In this document: positions 1 through 10,698 of the stretch, one piece after another | Layout: every line of letters begins with the position of its first letter | How positions within the stretch are numbered: position 1 is the first letter of the stretch | NCBI GenBank assembly: GCA_965199855.1 | Contig: OZ241326.1 | Span: forward strand, 1,792,001-1,856,000 | Reading direction: 5' to 3' | Source of the DNA: a bacterium | Lineage (GTDB): Bacteria; UBA8248 | DNA: 64,000 bases | The notes under the pieces: generated by a model | The model's input: only the letters and a program-made list of their open reading frames with translations | Databases searched by the model: none | What the model was told of the DNA's origin: nothing | Position numbers and translations under genes: made by a program

Positions 1-2021
1 AAAAGGCGAGCGGGGCCGACCCGAAAGAAGCGAAAACGGAAGGAAAAGCCAAGTCCCCCGCGCCTGCCCCAAAAGCGGCGGCTGAGGCCTCCGCTCCCCC
101 CGCGCCCGCCGTTGCCGACAAGAAGCAGGGCGCGGAAAAAGACGGGATTGACGCGGCGGCGCAAAAAGCGTCAGCGAAAGCAGCCTTGCCGGCGGAGGAC
201 GAAATCGCCGCGCCGCCGCCTGTCCCCGAAAAAGCTCCGGAGGCGGACAAAGAAAAGGCTCCCCGCCGACACGGAGGGCGCGTCCGCATCGCGGAGACGA
301 TAACGGTGAAGGAGCTCGCCGAGAAAATCAGCGTGAAGGCGACGGAAGTCATCAAGGAATTGATGAAAAAAGGCCAGATGACGACGATCAATCAGATGAT
401 CGATCACGGCACGGCAACGGAAATCTCCGAACTCTTCGGCTATGAGGTCGAGATATCCAAGGACAACATTGAAGACCTGCTGATTCAGGACGAGGACAGG
501 GAAGCGGACCTTCAGCCAAGAGCCCCCGTGATAACCATCATGGGGCATGTCGATCACGGGAAAACCAGGCTTCTCGACGCCATCCGCAAGGCGAACGTGA
601 TGGAGGGCGAAGCGGGGGGAATCACCCAGCACATCGGCGCCTATCGGGTGACGACGGACAAGGGAACGGCCGTGTTTCTGGACACTCCGGGCCATGAGGC
701 GTTTACGGCGATGAGGGCGCGCGGCGCGCAGGTGACGGATTTGGTGATCATCGTCGTGGCGGCGAATGAGGGAGTGATGCCCCAGACGCGAGAGGCCATC
801 GACCACGCGAAAGCCGCTGAAGTTCCGATTATGGTGGCGATGAACAAGATGGATCTGGCGGACGCGAACCCCGACCGGGTGAAGCAGCAGCTGGCGACGC
901 TGGAGTTGATCCCCGAGGATTGGGGCGGCGACACGGTATATTCCGAAGTGTCGGCGAAAGAGAACGTCGGAATTGATGATTTGCTGGACGTAGCCATTCT
1001 GCAGGCGGAGCTCATGGAGCTCAAGGCGAATCCGAACCGTCCCGCCAACGGCGTCGTCGTGGAGGCGAAGCTGGACAAAGGGCGCGGCCCGGTGGCTACG
1101 GTTCTGGTTCAGCGCGGTACCTTGAACGTGAGCGACAATTTCGTGGCCGGAAAATGGAGCGGCAAGGTGCGGGCGCTTCTGGATGATCAGGGGCGCAAAC
1201 TGAAGGTCGCGGGGCCCTCTACGCCGGTGGAAATTCTGGGATTCGCCGGGGTTCCCGAGGCGGGCGATGCGTTTACGGTGCTGGAAGACGAGAAAATGGC
1301 GAGAGAGATAAGCGCCAGGCGCCAGCATCGCCAGCGCATGGCGGCGCTCATGGCTTCCGCGCGCGTTTCGCTGGAAAGCTTCATGGAAAGCGTGGAGGAA
1401 GGCCAGGCGAAAGAACTGAATCTGATTCTGAAGGCGGACGTGCAGGGAAGCATAGAGGCGCTCAAGGAGTCCCTCGGCAAGCTGGGCAACGAGGAGGTGG
1501 GCGTCAAGGTTCTGCACAGCGCGGTCGGGGGCATTACGGAAACCGACGTGATGCTCGCGGCCGCCTCGTCGGCCGTCATCGTAGGGTTCAACGTTCGTCC
1601 TACGCCCGGGGCCACGGAAGTCGCGAAGCGGGAGAAGGTCGATATCCGCTTGTATTCCGTGATTTATGACGCCATTGATGAAGTCAAGCTCGCTCTCGAG
1701 GGGATACTCGAGCCCATCCATCGGGAGGTGGTGCACGGGCACGCGGAAATCAGGGAACTGTTCCATGTCCCCAATGTGGGGACGATAGCGGGCTGCTATG
1801 TCACCGATGGAAGCATCAGCAGAAATTCGGACGCGCGGCTCATTCGCGATAACGTCGTGGTCTATACGGGCAGGATTGCGTCTTTGCGGCGCTTCAAGGA
1901 TGACGTCAGCGAGGTTCAGTCCGGCTATGAGTGCGGAATCGGAATTGAGCGGTATAACGATATCAAGCAGGGCGATATCATAGAGCCGTACACCACGGAA
2001 GAAGTATCCCGGACCCTTTAG
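1..2021 (+). CDS. infB: Translation initiation factor IF-2 (5' truncated by window edge)
   Basis: Frame open from base 3 (Ala/Pro/Lys-rich linker); GHVDHGKT, DTPGHEAF, NKMD GTPase motifs; typical C-terminus LRRFKDDV..GYECGI. Confidence 0.98.
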   Translation, partial: KASGADPKEAKTEGKAKSPAPAPKAAAEASAPPAPAVADKKQGAEKDGIDAAAQKASAKAALPAEDEIAAPPPVPEKAPEADKEKAPRRHGGRVRIAETITVKELAEKISVKATEVIKELMKKGQMTTINQMIDHGTATEISELFGYEVEISKDNIEDLLIQDEDREADLQPRAPVITIMGHVDHGKTRLLDAIRKANVMEGEAGGITQHIGAYRVTTDKGTAVFLDTPGHEAFTAMRARGAQVTDLVIIVVAANEGVMPQTREAIDHAKAAEVPIMVAMNKMDLADANPDRVKQQLATLELIPEDWGGDTVYSEVSAKENVGIDDLLDVAILQAELMELKANPNRPANGVVVEAKLDKGRGPVATVLVQRGTLNVSDNFVAGKWSGKVRALLDDQGRKLKVAGPSTPVEILGFAGVPEAGDAFTVLEDEKMAREISARRQHRQRMAALMASARVSLESFMESVEEGQAKELNLILKADVQGSIEALKESLGKLGNEEVGVKVLHSAVGGITETDVMLAAASSAVIVGFNVRPTPGATEVAKREKVDIRLYSVIYDAIDEVKLALEGILEPIHREVVHGHAEIRELFHVPNVGTIAGCYVTDGSISRNSDARLIRDNVVVYTGRIASLRRFKDDVSEVQSGYECGIGIERYNDIKQGDIIEPYTTEEVSRTL

Positions 2022-2058
2022 GCAGCTTCGCGCGCCGTCTTTTGAAATTTTCGCGTCC

Positions 2059-2343
2059 ATGCCCGCCGTTGGTCTTTTGACTATCGACGTTCAGATTCCC
2101 GAGTGCCGCTCCCTCAAGGCGAAGCGCAAGGTGGTGCAGTCGGTAACGGCGCGCTTGCGGCAGCGGTTCAACGTGTCCGTCGCCGAAGTCGATTTTCAGG
2201 ACAAGTGGCAAAGATGCCGCATCGGCGTGAGCGTGGTGAGCAATGACGCCCGATTCGTGGACAGCCAGTTGAGAAAGGCGCTGAACTGCGTTGAGGGAAT
2301 GGGCCTTGCGGTTCTGCTGGATTTCGACATCGAGATTTTTTGA
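2059..2343 (+). CDS. DUF503/YlxP family protein
   Basis: SLKAKRKVV..RFNVSVAEVDFQDKWQR signature; canonical position between infB and rbfA. Confidence 0.9.
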   Translation: MPAVGLLTIDVQIPECRSLKAKRKVVQSVTARLRQRFNVSVAEVDFQDKWQRCRIGVSVVSNDARFVDSQLRKALNCVEGMGLAVLLDFDIEIF

Positions 2344-2365
2344 TCCTTGCGAACCTGGGTGAAGA

Positions 2366-2725
2366 ATGAGCAATTCTCGCAGACTGCGCGTGGCGGGTCT
2401 CATACAGGAGGAATTGGCGAATCTGGTGATGAGAGACCTCAAGGATCCGCGCGCGCGGCATGTGGTGATTACGCGGGTGGAGGTGGCTCCGGACCTGAGA
2501 ACCGCGAAGGTCCACTTCAGCCGCTATGGTGAGAATCAGGGGAATCCCGAGGAGATGGAGGAGGGGCGCAAGGGTCTCGAGCGCGCCGGCGGCTTCTTGC
2601 AGAAAAAACTCGCCGAGCGATTGGGACTGAAAAATACGCCGAGGCTGAAATTCTTCGCCGACCACGGCCTGGCGTATAGCGATGAAATCGAGCGTCTGCT
2701 GTCCGGCGTGAAGAAAGAGGTTTGA
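2366..2725 (+). CDS. rbfA: Ribosome-binding factor A
   Basis: RVAGLIQEELA..LKDPR..ITRVEVAPDL..TPRLKF; operon context. Confidence 0.95.
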   Translation: MSNSRRLRVAGLIQEELANLVMRDLKDPRARHVVITRVEVAPDLRTAKVHFSRYGENQGNPEEMEEGRKGLERAGGFLQKKLAERLGLKNTPRLKFFADHGLAYSDEIERLLSGVKKEV

Positions 2726-2737
2726 GAGGGCGGGGCT

Positions 2738-3673
2738 TTGGATCTCTCAGGGGTGCTGAACCTCGGGAAAAAACATGGGCCCACCTCGCGCGACATGGTT
2801 GACGAGGTGAGGCGGCTGCTCCCGAAAAAAACGAAAGTGGGCCACGCGGGCACGCTCGACCCCATGGCCGAGGGCGTTTTGCCGATTTGCATCGGCCATG
2901 CGACGAAGCTGTTTTCTTATCTGCTGGAGTGCCGGAAGAAGTATCGCGCCGTCATGCTCTTCGGGCGCGTGACGGATACCCAGGACATTACGGGGAAATT
3001 GCTGGCCGAATCCGATCCGGGCGATATCACGCTGCCGCGGGCGCAGGAGCTTCTGAACGCCATGCTCGGCAAGACGACGCAGGTTCCGCCCATGTATTCC
3101 GCCCTGAAGGTCGATGGAAAGCGTCTGCATGAACTGGCGCGCTCCGGCAAGGAAATCGAAAGAACGGGACGGCCGATAGAGGTGTTTCGGATAGAGGCGA
3201 TAAAAATGGAGGGTCCGCAGCTTACCTTTGACGTCGCGTGTTCCCGGGGAACCTATATTCGCGCCATCTGCCACGACGTCGGCGCAGCCCAGGGCGCCGG
3301 CGGGTGCCTCCAGGCGCTTACGCGAACGGCTCTGGGCCCGTTTGACCTAGGAGATTCCGTTTCCATCAAGGACGCGCGGCGCCACGCGAAAGAAGGCCGC
3401 CTTGAGGAAATTCTCGTGCCCCCCGCTCAGGCTCTCGCCCATCTGCCCGCCGTCTATGTGTCTTCCAGGGAGGAGGCGAGGGTTTTGAACGGCGCCGCCG
3501 TCAGGCTGGCAGATGTCCGGCAATCTGTTGATTTGCCCCCGGATGCCCGCGTTCGCATGCTCAGCGAGCCGGGAAAATTGCTGGCGGTCGGGAAGATGGT
3601 GTATGAAAAAAAACAGAAACGGAGCCGGGGGCTCGTGGCGCCTGAAAAAGTATTCGCCTTCCAGGCGGGTTGA
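2738..3673 (+). CDS. truB: tRNA pseudouridine(55) synthase
   Basis: KVGHAGTLDPMAEGVL, QVPPMYSALK, CSRGTYIR motifs. Confidence 0.97.
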   Translation: MDLSGVLNLGKKHGPTSRDMVDEVRRLLPKKTKVGHAGTLDPMAEGVLPICIGHATKLFSYLLECRKKYRAVMLFGRVTDTQDITGKLLAESDPGDITLPRAQELLNAMLGKTTQVPPMYSALKVDGKRLHELARSGKEIERTGRPIEVFRIEAIKMEGPQLTFDVACSRGTYIRAICHDVGAAQGAGGCLQALTRTALGPFDLGDSVSIKDARRHAKEGRLEEILVPPAQALAHLPAVYVSSREEARVLNGAAVRLADVRQSVDLPPDARVRMLSEPGKLLAVGKMVYEKKQKRSRGLVAPEKVFAFQAG

Positions 3674-3687
3674 GTACGCGATGCGTA

Positions 3688-3716
3688 TTTACATTGAGGG
3701 GAAAGTCGTATAGGAT
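3688..3716 (+). promoter_or_regulatory. Putative sigma70 promoter for rpsO-pnp
   Basis: TTTACA-17bp-TAGGAT upstream of rpsO. Confidence 0.55.
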
Positions 3717-3799
3717 TCGCGCGTTTTTCGGGAAAGTCGCGTGAGAGAACCCCGGAGGCGCCGGGGCCGATACGCCAGGAAGCGGAGGAAGCGAAAGAG

Positions 3800-4069
3800 A
3801 TGCCCCTTGCAAAGGCGCGAAAATCAGAGGTTATCGAGAAATTTCGCACCCATGACGCGGACACGGGTTCGCCGGAGGTGCAGGTAGCTATTCTGACCGA
3901 ACGGATTATCTACCTCACGGACCACTTCAAGACCCACCAGAAAGACCATCATTCCCGAAGAGGGCTGTTGAAGCTCGTGGGTCAGCGGCGTCGCCTCCTC
4001 GATTATCTGAAAGAAAAGGACATCAACCGCTACCGGACGATCATTCAGAATCTCGGTCTGCGCCGCTAG
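3800..4069 (+). CDS. rpsO: 30S ribosomal protein S15
   Basis: [38 protein letters not shown]. Confidence 0.99.
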   Translation: MPLAKARKSEVIEKFRTHDADTGSPEVQVAILTERIIYLTDHFKTHQKDHHSRRGLLKLVGQRRRLLDYLKEKDINRYRTIIQNLGLRR

Positions 4070-4099
4070 GCGCGGCCCCGCCCCAGAGGGAAGTCTCCA

Positions 4100-6235
4100 A
4101 TGACACCATATCGCAAGGACATATCCATCAATGGCTATACGCTCGCCTTCGAGACGGGCGAGATAGCGAAGCAGGCCGGCGGCGCGGTCATGATGCACTA
4201 TGGCGAAACCAGCGTGCTGTGCGCGGCCTGCGCTTCGTTCTCCCCCCGGGAAGGGGTGGACTTTTTCCCGCTTACCGTGGACTATCGCGAATTTTTCTAC
4301 GCCGCGGGCATTATTCCCGGCAACTTTTTCCGGCGCGAGGCGAGGCCCGGAGAGAGGGAAACACTGACCTGTCGTCTGATAGACCGCCCCATCCGGCCTC
4401 TTTTCCCCAAGGAATTCCGTTGTGAGACGATGATTCAAGTGATGGTCATGTCTTACGACAAGTTGAATGATTCCGACATTCTGGCGATCAACGGAACCTC
4501 CGCCGCCCTCCACATTTCCGATATCCCTTTCGCCGGCCCTATCGGCGCCGTTCGCGTCGGGAGAATCGACGGCGAAATCATCGTCAACCCGACCGTCGAA
4601 CAGCAAATCGACAGTGATTTGAACTGCGTCATGGCGGGAACGTCGGACGCGCTGGTCATGGTGGAGGCCGGCAGCTTTGAAGTTTCTGAAGATACCTACA
4701 TGGAGGCGTTTGAAAAAGGGCACGCGGTGATTCGGGAGCTGTGCGCCATGCAGGACGACCTGAGAGCGGAGTGCGGCAAAGCGAAGCGCGTGGTCGAGAC
4801 GGAGGAGGAAGACGCGGAGCTGATGGCGAAGGTTCGCGGAATCGTTGCGCCCAAATTGAAGGCGGCCGCCGGAATTCACGAGAAGGCGGGGCAGTATGCC
4901 GCAATAGGCGAGGCGAAAGCCGCCGCGATTGATTCTCTTTGCGGGGGCGAGGAAGGGGCGCCGGAGAAGGGAGTCGTCTCTGATTATTTCTCCAAAATTG
5001 AAAAGGAAGTGTTCCGTGGCATGATTCTGGATGAGGGAAGCCGCGCGGACGGCCGATCGCTTCGAGCCGTCAGGCCGATCACGATCAGAACGTCCCCTCT
5101 CGCCAGGCCCCATGGCAGCGCATTGTTCACGCGAGGCGAGACCCAGGCGCTGGTGACGGTAACGCTGGGGACTGCTTCCGAGGCGCAGCTGATAGACACG
5201 CTGGACGGAAAGGCCGACAGGACTTTTCTGCTGCACTACAACTTCCCCGGGTTCAGCGTTGGGGAGGCGAAGCCGAATCGCGGCCCCGGTCGCCGGGAAA
5301 TCGGGCATGGCGCGCTCGCTTCCCGCGCCGTCCAGGCGGTTTTGCCCGAACAGGAGGATTTTCCCTATACGATCCGCGTGGTTTCGGACATCACCGAGAG
5401 CAACGGCAGCTCCTCCATGGCGAGCATCTGCGGCGCCAGCCTGGCGCTGATGAGCGCGGGCGTGCCCATAACGTCTCCGGTGGCCGGCATCGCCATGGGT
5501 CTGATCAGCGAAGAGTCCACGGGGAGAACGGCGATACTCACCGATATTTTGGGGCTGGAAGATCATCTGGGCGACATGGACTTCAAAGTTGGCGGCACGC
5601 GCCATGGCATCACCGCCCTCCAGATGGACATCAAAATCAAAGGACTGCGGCTGAGTCTCGTGAGAGACGCCCTGGCGCAGGCGAACGAGGCGCGAATGCA
5701 CGTGCTCGATCAGATGGACAAGGTCATTTCCGAGCCGAAAGAGGAGATATCTCCTTACGCGCCGCGGATTATGACGATGCAGGTTTCCAAGGATCGCGTC
5801 CGGGACGTCATCGGGCCGGGCGGAAAAATCATTCGCGGAATCGTCGAGGAAACCGGGGCGAGCGTGGACATCGAGGATGATGGAACCATCTTCATTTCCT
5901 CTACGGATGAAGCGGCGGCGCTCAGGGCGATAGATATTATTCGAGAGCTCACCCAGGAAGCCGAGAAAGGCAGGATTTATCACGGCACGGTCAGAAAAAT
6001 CATGGATTTCGGGGCGTTTGTCGAGATATTCCCGGGGACGGACGGCCTTTGCCACATCAGCATGATAGCGAAGAAGCGAATCGGCTCGGTGAGCGACGTC
6101 CTGAAAGAAGGCGAGAAGGTTCTGGTGAAGTGCGTGGACGTGGAAGGAAACGGCAGAATTCGCCTTTCGATGAAAGACGTGAGGGAGGAGGAACTGCCCG
6201 AAGAATGGAAGCAGTTCTACGCGCCTGTGACCTGA
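4100..6235 (+). CDS. pnp: Polyribonucleotide nucleotidyltransferase
   Basis: [49 protein letters not shown] and S1 domains. Confidence 0.99.
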   Translation: MTPYRKDISINGYTLAFETGEIAKQAGGAVMMHYGETSVLCAACASFSPREGVDFFPLTVDYREFFYAAGIIPGNFFRREARPGERETLTCRLIDRPIRPLFPKEFRCETMIQVMVMSYDKLNDSDILAINGTSAALHISDIPFAGPIGAVRVGRIDGEIIVNPTVEQQIDSDLNCVMAGTSDALVMVEAGSFEVSEDTYMEAFEKGHAVIRELCAMQDDLRAECGKAKRVVETEEEDAELMAKVRGIVAPKLKAAAGIHEKAGQYAAIGEAKAAAIDSLCGGEEGAPEKGVVSDYFSKIEKEVFRGMILDEGSRADGRSLRAVRPITIRTSPLARPHGSALFTRGETQALVTVTLGTASEAQLIDTLDGKADRTFLLHYNFPGFSVGEAKPNRGPGRREIGHGALASRAVQAVLPEQEDFPYTIRVVSDITESNGSSSMASICGASLALMSAGVPITSPVAGIAMGLISEESTGRTAILTDILGLEDHLGDMDFKVGGTRHGITALQMDIKIKGLRLSLVRDALAQANEARMHVLDQMDKVISEPKEEISPYAPRIMTMQVSKDRVRDVIGPGGKIIRGIVEETGASVDIEDDGTIFISSTDEAAALRAIDIIRELTQEAEKGRIYHGTVRKIMDFGAFVEIFPGTDGLCHISMIAKKRIGSVSDVLKEGEKVLVKCVDVEGNGRIRLSMKDVREEELPEEWKQFYAPVT

Positions 6236-6260
6236 TGAAGCGAAGCCGCTGATGCGCGCG

Positions 6261-6294
6261 AACCGGCCTCTCGGGAGGCCGGTTTTTCATTTTT
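6261..6294 (+). terminator. Rho-independent terminator after pnp
   Basis: AACCGGCCTC-TCGG-GAGGCCGGTT perfect stem followed by TTTCATTTTT. Confidence 0.85.
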
Positions 6295-6378
6295 CCCGGA
6301 ACGATGGAGAAACGGCGCGGCTTCTCGGCATGGCGGCGCCTGACGAATAACGCCCCCGGCATATCGCGAGGATGGACA

Positions 6379-7467
6379 ATGGGCAGAAAATCATTGGGTG
6401 TGGGAGTTGTCGGATCCGGCAGAATTGGAACCCTGCGGGCCAGGCTGGTCGCCCGGCATCCGTCTCTTGAATTTTTGGCCGTCTCGGATATCGACCCCGA
6501 TCGGGCGAAGGAACTTGGGGACAAGGTAGGGGCGCAGCTTGCTGCGGGCAGGAATGAAGAGGTCATAGAACATCCCGATGTCACGACCGTCATCGTTTCC
6601 ACGCCGGAGCATGATCACGCGGATTCCATCATCCACGCCCTGGAGCTGGGCAAGCCCGTGCTGGTCGAAAAGCCGATTTCCCTGACGCTGGAGGATGCCG
6701 ACCGCATACTCTCGGCAGCCGAGAAGACGGGCACGGAACTGAGGGTGGGCTACGCCCAGCGATTCAAGCGCCGCTATCAGATGGCGAAAGAGCAAATCAT
6801 CCAGGGAAGGCTGGGAGAAATTCTGGCGGGCACGGGCCGAACCTGCAATACCCGCGCCCAGGGCCTGCAGATTCTCAAGCGATCCCCTCACGCCACGCCC
6901 GTGCTCGACGTGCTCACCTATTGGGTGGATATGGCCTGCTGGTTCATGGAGGGGCATCGGCCCGTGGAGGTGGTCGCCCGCGGAAACGGGAAAATATACA
7001 AGGAGCATGGCTATTCGGCGAACGACGTTACCTGGTCTATCGTTACGTTCGACAATGGAGCCGTCATGAACCTGGGCGTTTTTTACGCCCTGCCCGAGAA
7101 GTACCCCGCGCTGGGCCAAAGCGTGAGGATGGAGATTTACGGGACGGACGGCGTTTTGATGCTCGATGAGGATCATAAGGACGAGATGCTTTACACAGAC
7201 AGGGGAATTCCCCACACGTATATCCCGGATCACCGCGTCAACACGGCGTTTCTGAGCAGCACGACTCCCGGCGACTGGGCGGCGGGAGACTATTGGGGCC
7301 CGTTGGGCGATGAAACGAGAAGCTGGCTGGATCACGTCATCAACGGCCGACCCACAACCCACGCGACGGCCGAGGACGCGCGCCAGACCTTGGAGGTGAC
7401 CATAGCGATGGAGCTGTCGTCGCGGACGGGAGAGGCCGTGGAATTGCCGCTGGGCGAGGGGCATTGA
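6379..7467 (+). CDS. Gfo/Idh/MocA family NAD(P)-dependent oxidoreductase
   Basis: GVVGSGRIG Rossmann motif, VLVEKP motif; ATG 6379 preceded by GAGGA. Confidence 0.9.
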   Translation: MGRKSLGVGVVGSGRIGTLRARLVARHPSLEFLAVSDIDPDRAKELGDKVGAQLAAGRNEEVIEHPDVTTVIVSTPEHDHADSIIHALELGKPVLVEKPISLTLEDADRILSAAEKTGTELRVGYAQRFKRRYQMAKEQIIQGRLGEILAGTGRTCNTRAQGLQILKRSPHATPVLDVLTYWVDMACWFMEGHRPVEVVARGNGKIYKEHGYSANDVTWSIVTFDNGAVMNLGVFYALPEKYPALGQSVRMEIYGTDGVLMLDEDHKDEMLYTDRGIPHTYIPDHRVNTAFLSSTTPGDWAAGDYWGPLGDETRSWLDHVINGRPTTHATAEDARQTLEVTIAMELSSRTGEAVELPLGEGH

Positions 7468-7545
7468 AACTTCTCACAAGCCTTCGGCTTTCCGGCTTTG
7501 CATGGGGCGCCGCCGTCTGACGGCGCTTCTTGTCTGGCGCGCCCG

Positions 7546-8361
7546 TCAAATACGCATCAGATCCAGTCCCACGATAATTTCTCCATCGAAAAACCGCGCC
7601 ACTTCTTCCAGGATTTTTTCCTTGGGTGCCATGGGCGGGGTAAGATGGGAAAGAACGACGGCCTTTGCGTTCGCCGCCGCGGCTGTCCTGCCAATTTCTT
7701 CCGTGGTCGCGTGGTGCCCCGCGATGATTTCCGCCATCTGCTCGGTTTGTCCGAGCATCTCGACGATAGATTCAGGGAGGCATGGGTGCATCATCAGGAT
7801 GTCGGTGTCTCTGGCGAATGACGCCAGTTCCGCGGCCGGGCTCCCATCTCCGGCGACGACGATGCTTCTGCCTTCCGCTTCAAAGCGATAGGACAGGATA
7901 TCCTCAACGTTCCCATGGCGCGTGCATTTGTCCGCGTGAATTTTGAGGCCGTCGATTTCGAGGGAATCTCCCCGGGCGATGACGGTCGTCTCCAGGGAAA
8001 GCCCCGCTCTTGGCTTGCCTTCCTTTGCGCGAAGTTCGATGTCGTATTCATAGTAATGAAGCATGCGCCTGACGTGCTGTTCGACGGGGGAGGGGCCGAA
8101 AACGCGCAGCGCTTCCGATGCTCCGAACAGCCAGCGCGTGATGTAGAAATCTCCGAAGCCGGTGAAGTGGTCGGAGTGAAAATGCGTGAAAAAGAGATGC
8201 TCAACCAGGCTGACTTGATAGCCGGCGGCGGCGATTTGGCGCGGAATGTTCCTGCCCGCGTCTATCAGATACAGCTTCTCGCCAAGCGCGATTCCGTTCG
8301 CGTGGCCGCTGGCTTCGGGGGATGGCGGAGGAGAACCCACGCCCAGGAGGATGAGCTCCAT
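7546..8361 (-). CDS. MBL-fold metallo-hydrolase (RNase Z/AtsA-like)
   Basis: LLGVGSP N-terminus, LIDAG, THFHSDH, VAGD, LSHL motifs. Confidence 0.85.
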   Translation of the reverse strand: MELILLGVGSPPPSPEASGHANGIALGEKLYLIDAGRNIPRQIAAAGYQVSLVEHLFFTHFHSDHFTGFGDFYITRWLFGASEALRVFGPSPVEQHVRRMLHYYEYDIELRAKEGKPRAGLSLETTVIARGDSLEIDGLKIHADKCTRHGNVEDILSYRFEAEGRSIVVAGDGSPAAELASFARDTDILMMHPCLPESIVEMLGQTEQMAEIIAGHHATTEEIGRTAAAANAKAVVLSHLTPPMAPKEKILEEVARFFDGEIIVGLDLMRI

Positions 8362-8468
8362 ATTCGCGCCTTTTCAAAGCGTGGAGCGGGAAAGCCGGCG
8401 CCGGGGCGGCGCCTCGGCGAGCGAACCGGCCCGGCTCGATAGTCGCTCCGGGCCGGTTCAGGAGAAGG

Positions 8469-9443
8469 TTATGGCTGGATGCCGGCGGGGATTTCGTATC
8501 CCTTCTCTTTCCAATACCTCGCCGCTCCGGGATGGATTTTGAGGCCAATGGCGGCCATTTGCTCGAGGGCGGGGGCCACTTTGAACCCGGACAGCCAGCC
8601 CCGGTGCACCTTGGGCAGAAATTCGCGCCCGCGCTTCGAGAAATTGATGCGCGCCACCTCATACGCGATGGAAGCGGGCACGTGCGCGCCCACGGCCGTC
8701 CAGGCGGTGTAGCCGACCGTGGAAACGTCCTTGGCTACGCCATTGTATGAACCGGCCGGGATGTGGATGTTGAAATACGCCGGGCTGTCCTTCAGGAATT
8801 TCTCGAGCGTTGCGCCCGCAATGGGGAGAAGGCGAATCGGAGCGGCGGCGGCCGCCTTGACGAAAGCCGGCCCCGGGACGGGCAGGGGGATGGAAAACGC
8901 CTGAATGCGGTTGTCCTTCATCGCGTCGGCCAATGCGGCGAAGGGCATGTATTCCCTTCTCACCTTGAGGCCGGCGTGCTTTATGAGCCGGCTCGTCATG
9001 AAGTGCGCGTTCCCTCCCTTCCGGCCCGAACTGATGGCTTTTCCGTTCAAGTCCGCCAGGGATTCGATGCCGGAGTTGTGAAACGTGGCCATCTGAAACA
9101 TGGAGACGGTGGCGGGGCCCATGCCCCGGAGGTTCCGGTGCTTTTTCTTGTAGGGCTTTTTTCCGTTCAGGGCGCGCAGGACGAGTCCGGCGACCCCAAG
9201 TCCGAAGTCCGCTTTTCTGGCTTCGATGAGCCTGAGGTCCTCGACGGCGCCTCGCGTGGTCTTGTTCGACATCCGGACGGATTTCGATTTTTCCGACACA
9301 AGAGCGGCCAGTCCTCCATACATGACGTAGATGCTCGTGCCGGGCCCCGAGCCGACGACGGATACGTGCGTGGGCGCGGCGGAGGAGGCGCCCGGCAATG
9401 AAAATGAAATCAGCATGGCGGCTGCGGTTCGCGCGATTCGCAT
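8469..9443 (-). CDS. TAXI-family TRAP solute-binding protein
   Basis: Signal peptide, TTRGAVEDL, IESLADLNGK, IPAGSY, IHPGAARYW motifs. Confidence 0.88.
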   Translation of the reverse strand: MRIARTAAAMLISFSLPGASSAAPTHVSVVGSGPGTSIYVMYGGLAALVSEKSKSVRMSNKTTRGAVEDLRLIEARKADFGLGVAGLVLRALNGKKPYKKKHRNLRGMGPATVSMFQMATFHNSGIESLADLNGKAISSGRKGGNAHFMTSRLIKHAGLKVRREYMPFAALADAMKDNRIQAFSIPLPVPGPAFVKAAAAAPIRLLPIAGATLEKFLKDSPAYFNIHIPAGSYNGVAKDVSTVGYTAWTAVGAHVPASIAYEVARINFSKRGREFLPKVHRGWLSGFKVAPALEQMAAIGLKIHPGAARYWKEKGYEIPAGIQP

Positions 9444-9547
9444 TTTCTTCTCCTGGATAGATTCAGACTGCAGGCGAATGAGCGGGGTTCGCTTCAGGGC
9501 GATGGCCCGAAAGAGGAACGAGGCCGCTCTTTCTCATAGGGGCTTCT

Positions 9548-10558
9548 CTATTTCGCGGCGGCGTTCTCCCTTAACGCGGAATAGTCCTCCGCGTAGTCGG
9601 GGGCCGGGGTGCTTCCCTGTCCTTGGATGATGTGGATTTTCCCCTCGGTTCTGTCCGCGTTTCGGAAGCCGCGCTGCACCCCGGCGGGAACCCAGCAGGC
9701 ATCCCAGGGGTCGAGAACGGCTTGCCGGAGCCTTTCGCGCTCATCCATCCAATAGACGACCCATCTGCCTTCGAGAGGGATGAAAAGCTCCTCGCAGGGA
9801 TGATCGTGAAGGGGCGCGCCGCGTCCGTTGCCGCATTCCACCATGGCGTATCCTATTTCCCCTTCGGACAGGGAGGGCGGCGGCCCCTCATCCGTATCGC
9901 CGGACACGCCCCCGATATAGCGCCTGAGAGAGCGCACTCCTTCCGGGAGCCGCGCCTCGTGATAGACGCTCCAGTTGCGGGGGCATTCCTCGAAGCGAAC
10001 CAGCTGGGTGGCCGGGTCGTAAGCGGGCTTTTTGACGTAAGGCTCCGTCCGGGCGCCGTCGGGGAGGCCCTCCCGCAGTGATTCATGGTAGCGGGGATAT
10101 TGATAGTCGCCTTGCCCATGGATGAAGTGAAGGAACCCGTCATGCCCGCCGACGTTTCTGAATCCGCGCATGACGCCCGAAGGGACGCGGATCAGATCGT
10201 ATTTGCCGAGTGTGACGCTTTGGGGGGCTTTCGTTTCGATGTTTTCCCAGTATATCTCGAATTCTCCTTCCCAGACCATGAAAATTTCCTCGTCCGGGTG
10301 ATCATGAAGCGGCGCGCCGTTTTGGGGAGGAGTCATGGCTACGCCGCAGGAGAAGTCCCATCCGGGAAGGGGAGAGCGGAGGATCTGGCCGGCGATTCCG
10401 CCGATATAGCGGTAAATCGCCCGATGATTCCCGTCGATGCGCGATTCGTGATATTCTCCCCAATCGGGAACCAGATCCGCAAAGCGGATGATTGTGACCG
10501 GCGCGACCGTCGTCTTTGGCCCGGGCGTCCGCCGGTTTGAATTTGCGGAAGCGTTCAT
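9548..10558 (-). CDS. Tandem (bi-)cupin domain protein
   Basis: Two homologous halves, each with GAPLHDHPxEE and VPxGVxRGFRN cupin motifs. Confidence 0.85.
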   Translation of the reverse strand: MNASANSNRRTPGPKTTVAPVTIIRFADLVPDWGEYHESRIDGNHRAIYRYIGGIAGQILRSPLPGWDFSCGVAMTPPQNGAPLHDHPDEEIFMVWEGEFEIYWENIETKAPQSVTLGKYDLIRVPSGVMRGFRNVGGHDGFLHFIHGQGDYQYPRYHESLREGLPDGARTEPYVKKPAYDPATQLVRFEECPRNWSVYHEARLPEGVRSLRRYIGGVSGDTDEGPPPSLSEGEIGYAMVECGNGRGAPLHDHPCEELFIPLEGRWVVYWMDERERLRQAVLDPWDACWVPAGVQRGFRNADRTEGKIHIIQGQGSTPAPDYAEDYSALRENAAAK

Positions 10559-10698
10559 CTCCCATCCTCCCCACAGCGGATTTCGCCTTCCTCTTCCATA
10601 TGACGACGAGAATGATCATGCTACCATTTTCATCAGCGTATTTCCACGCCTGACTTCAGACTGATCGCCACGAAAGGGTTTTCGGGATACAGGGGAGC

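Noticed and set aside
3722-3799. S15 autoregulatory leader RNA
   Set aside because: Plausible by position, but no structure could be supported by eye; needs a covariance-model search
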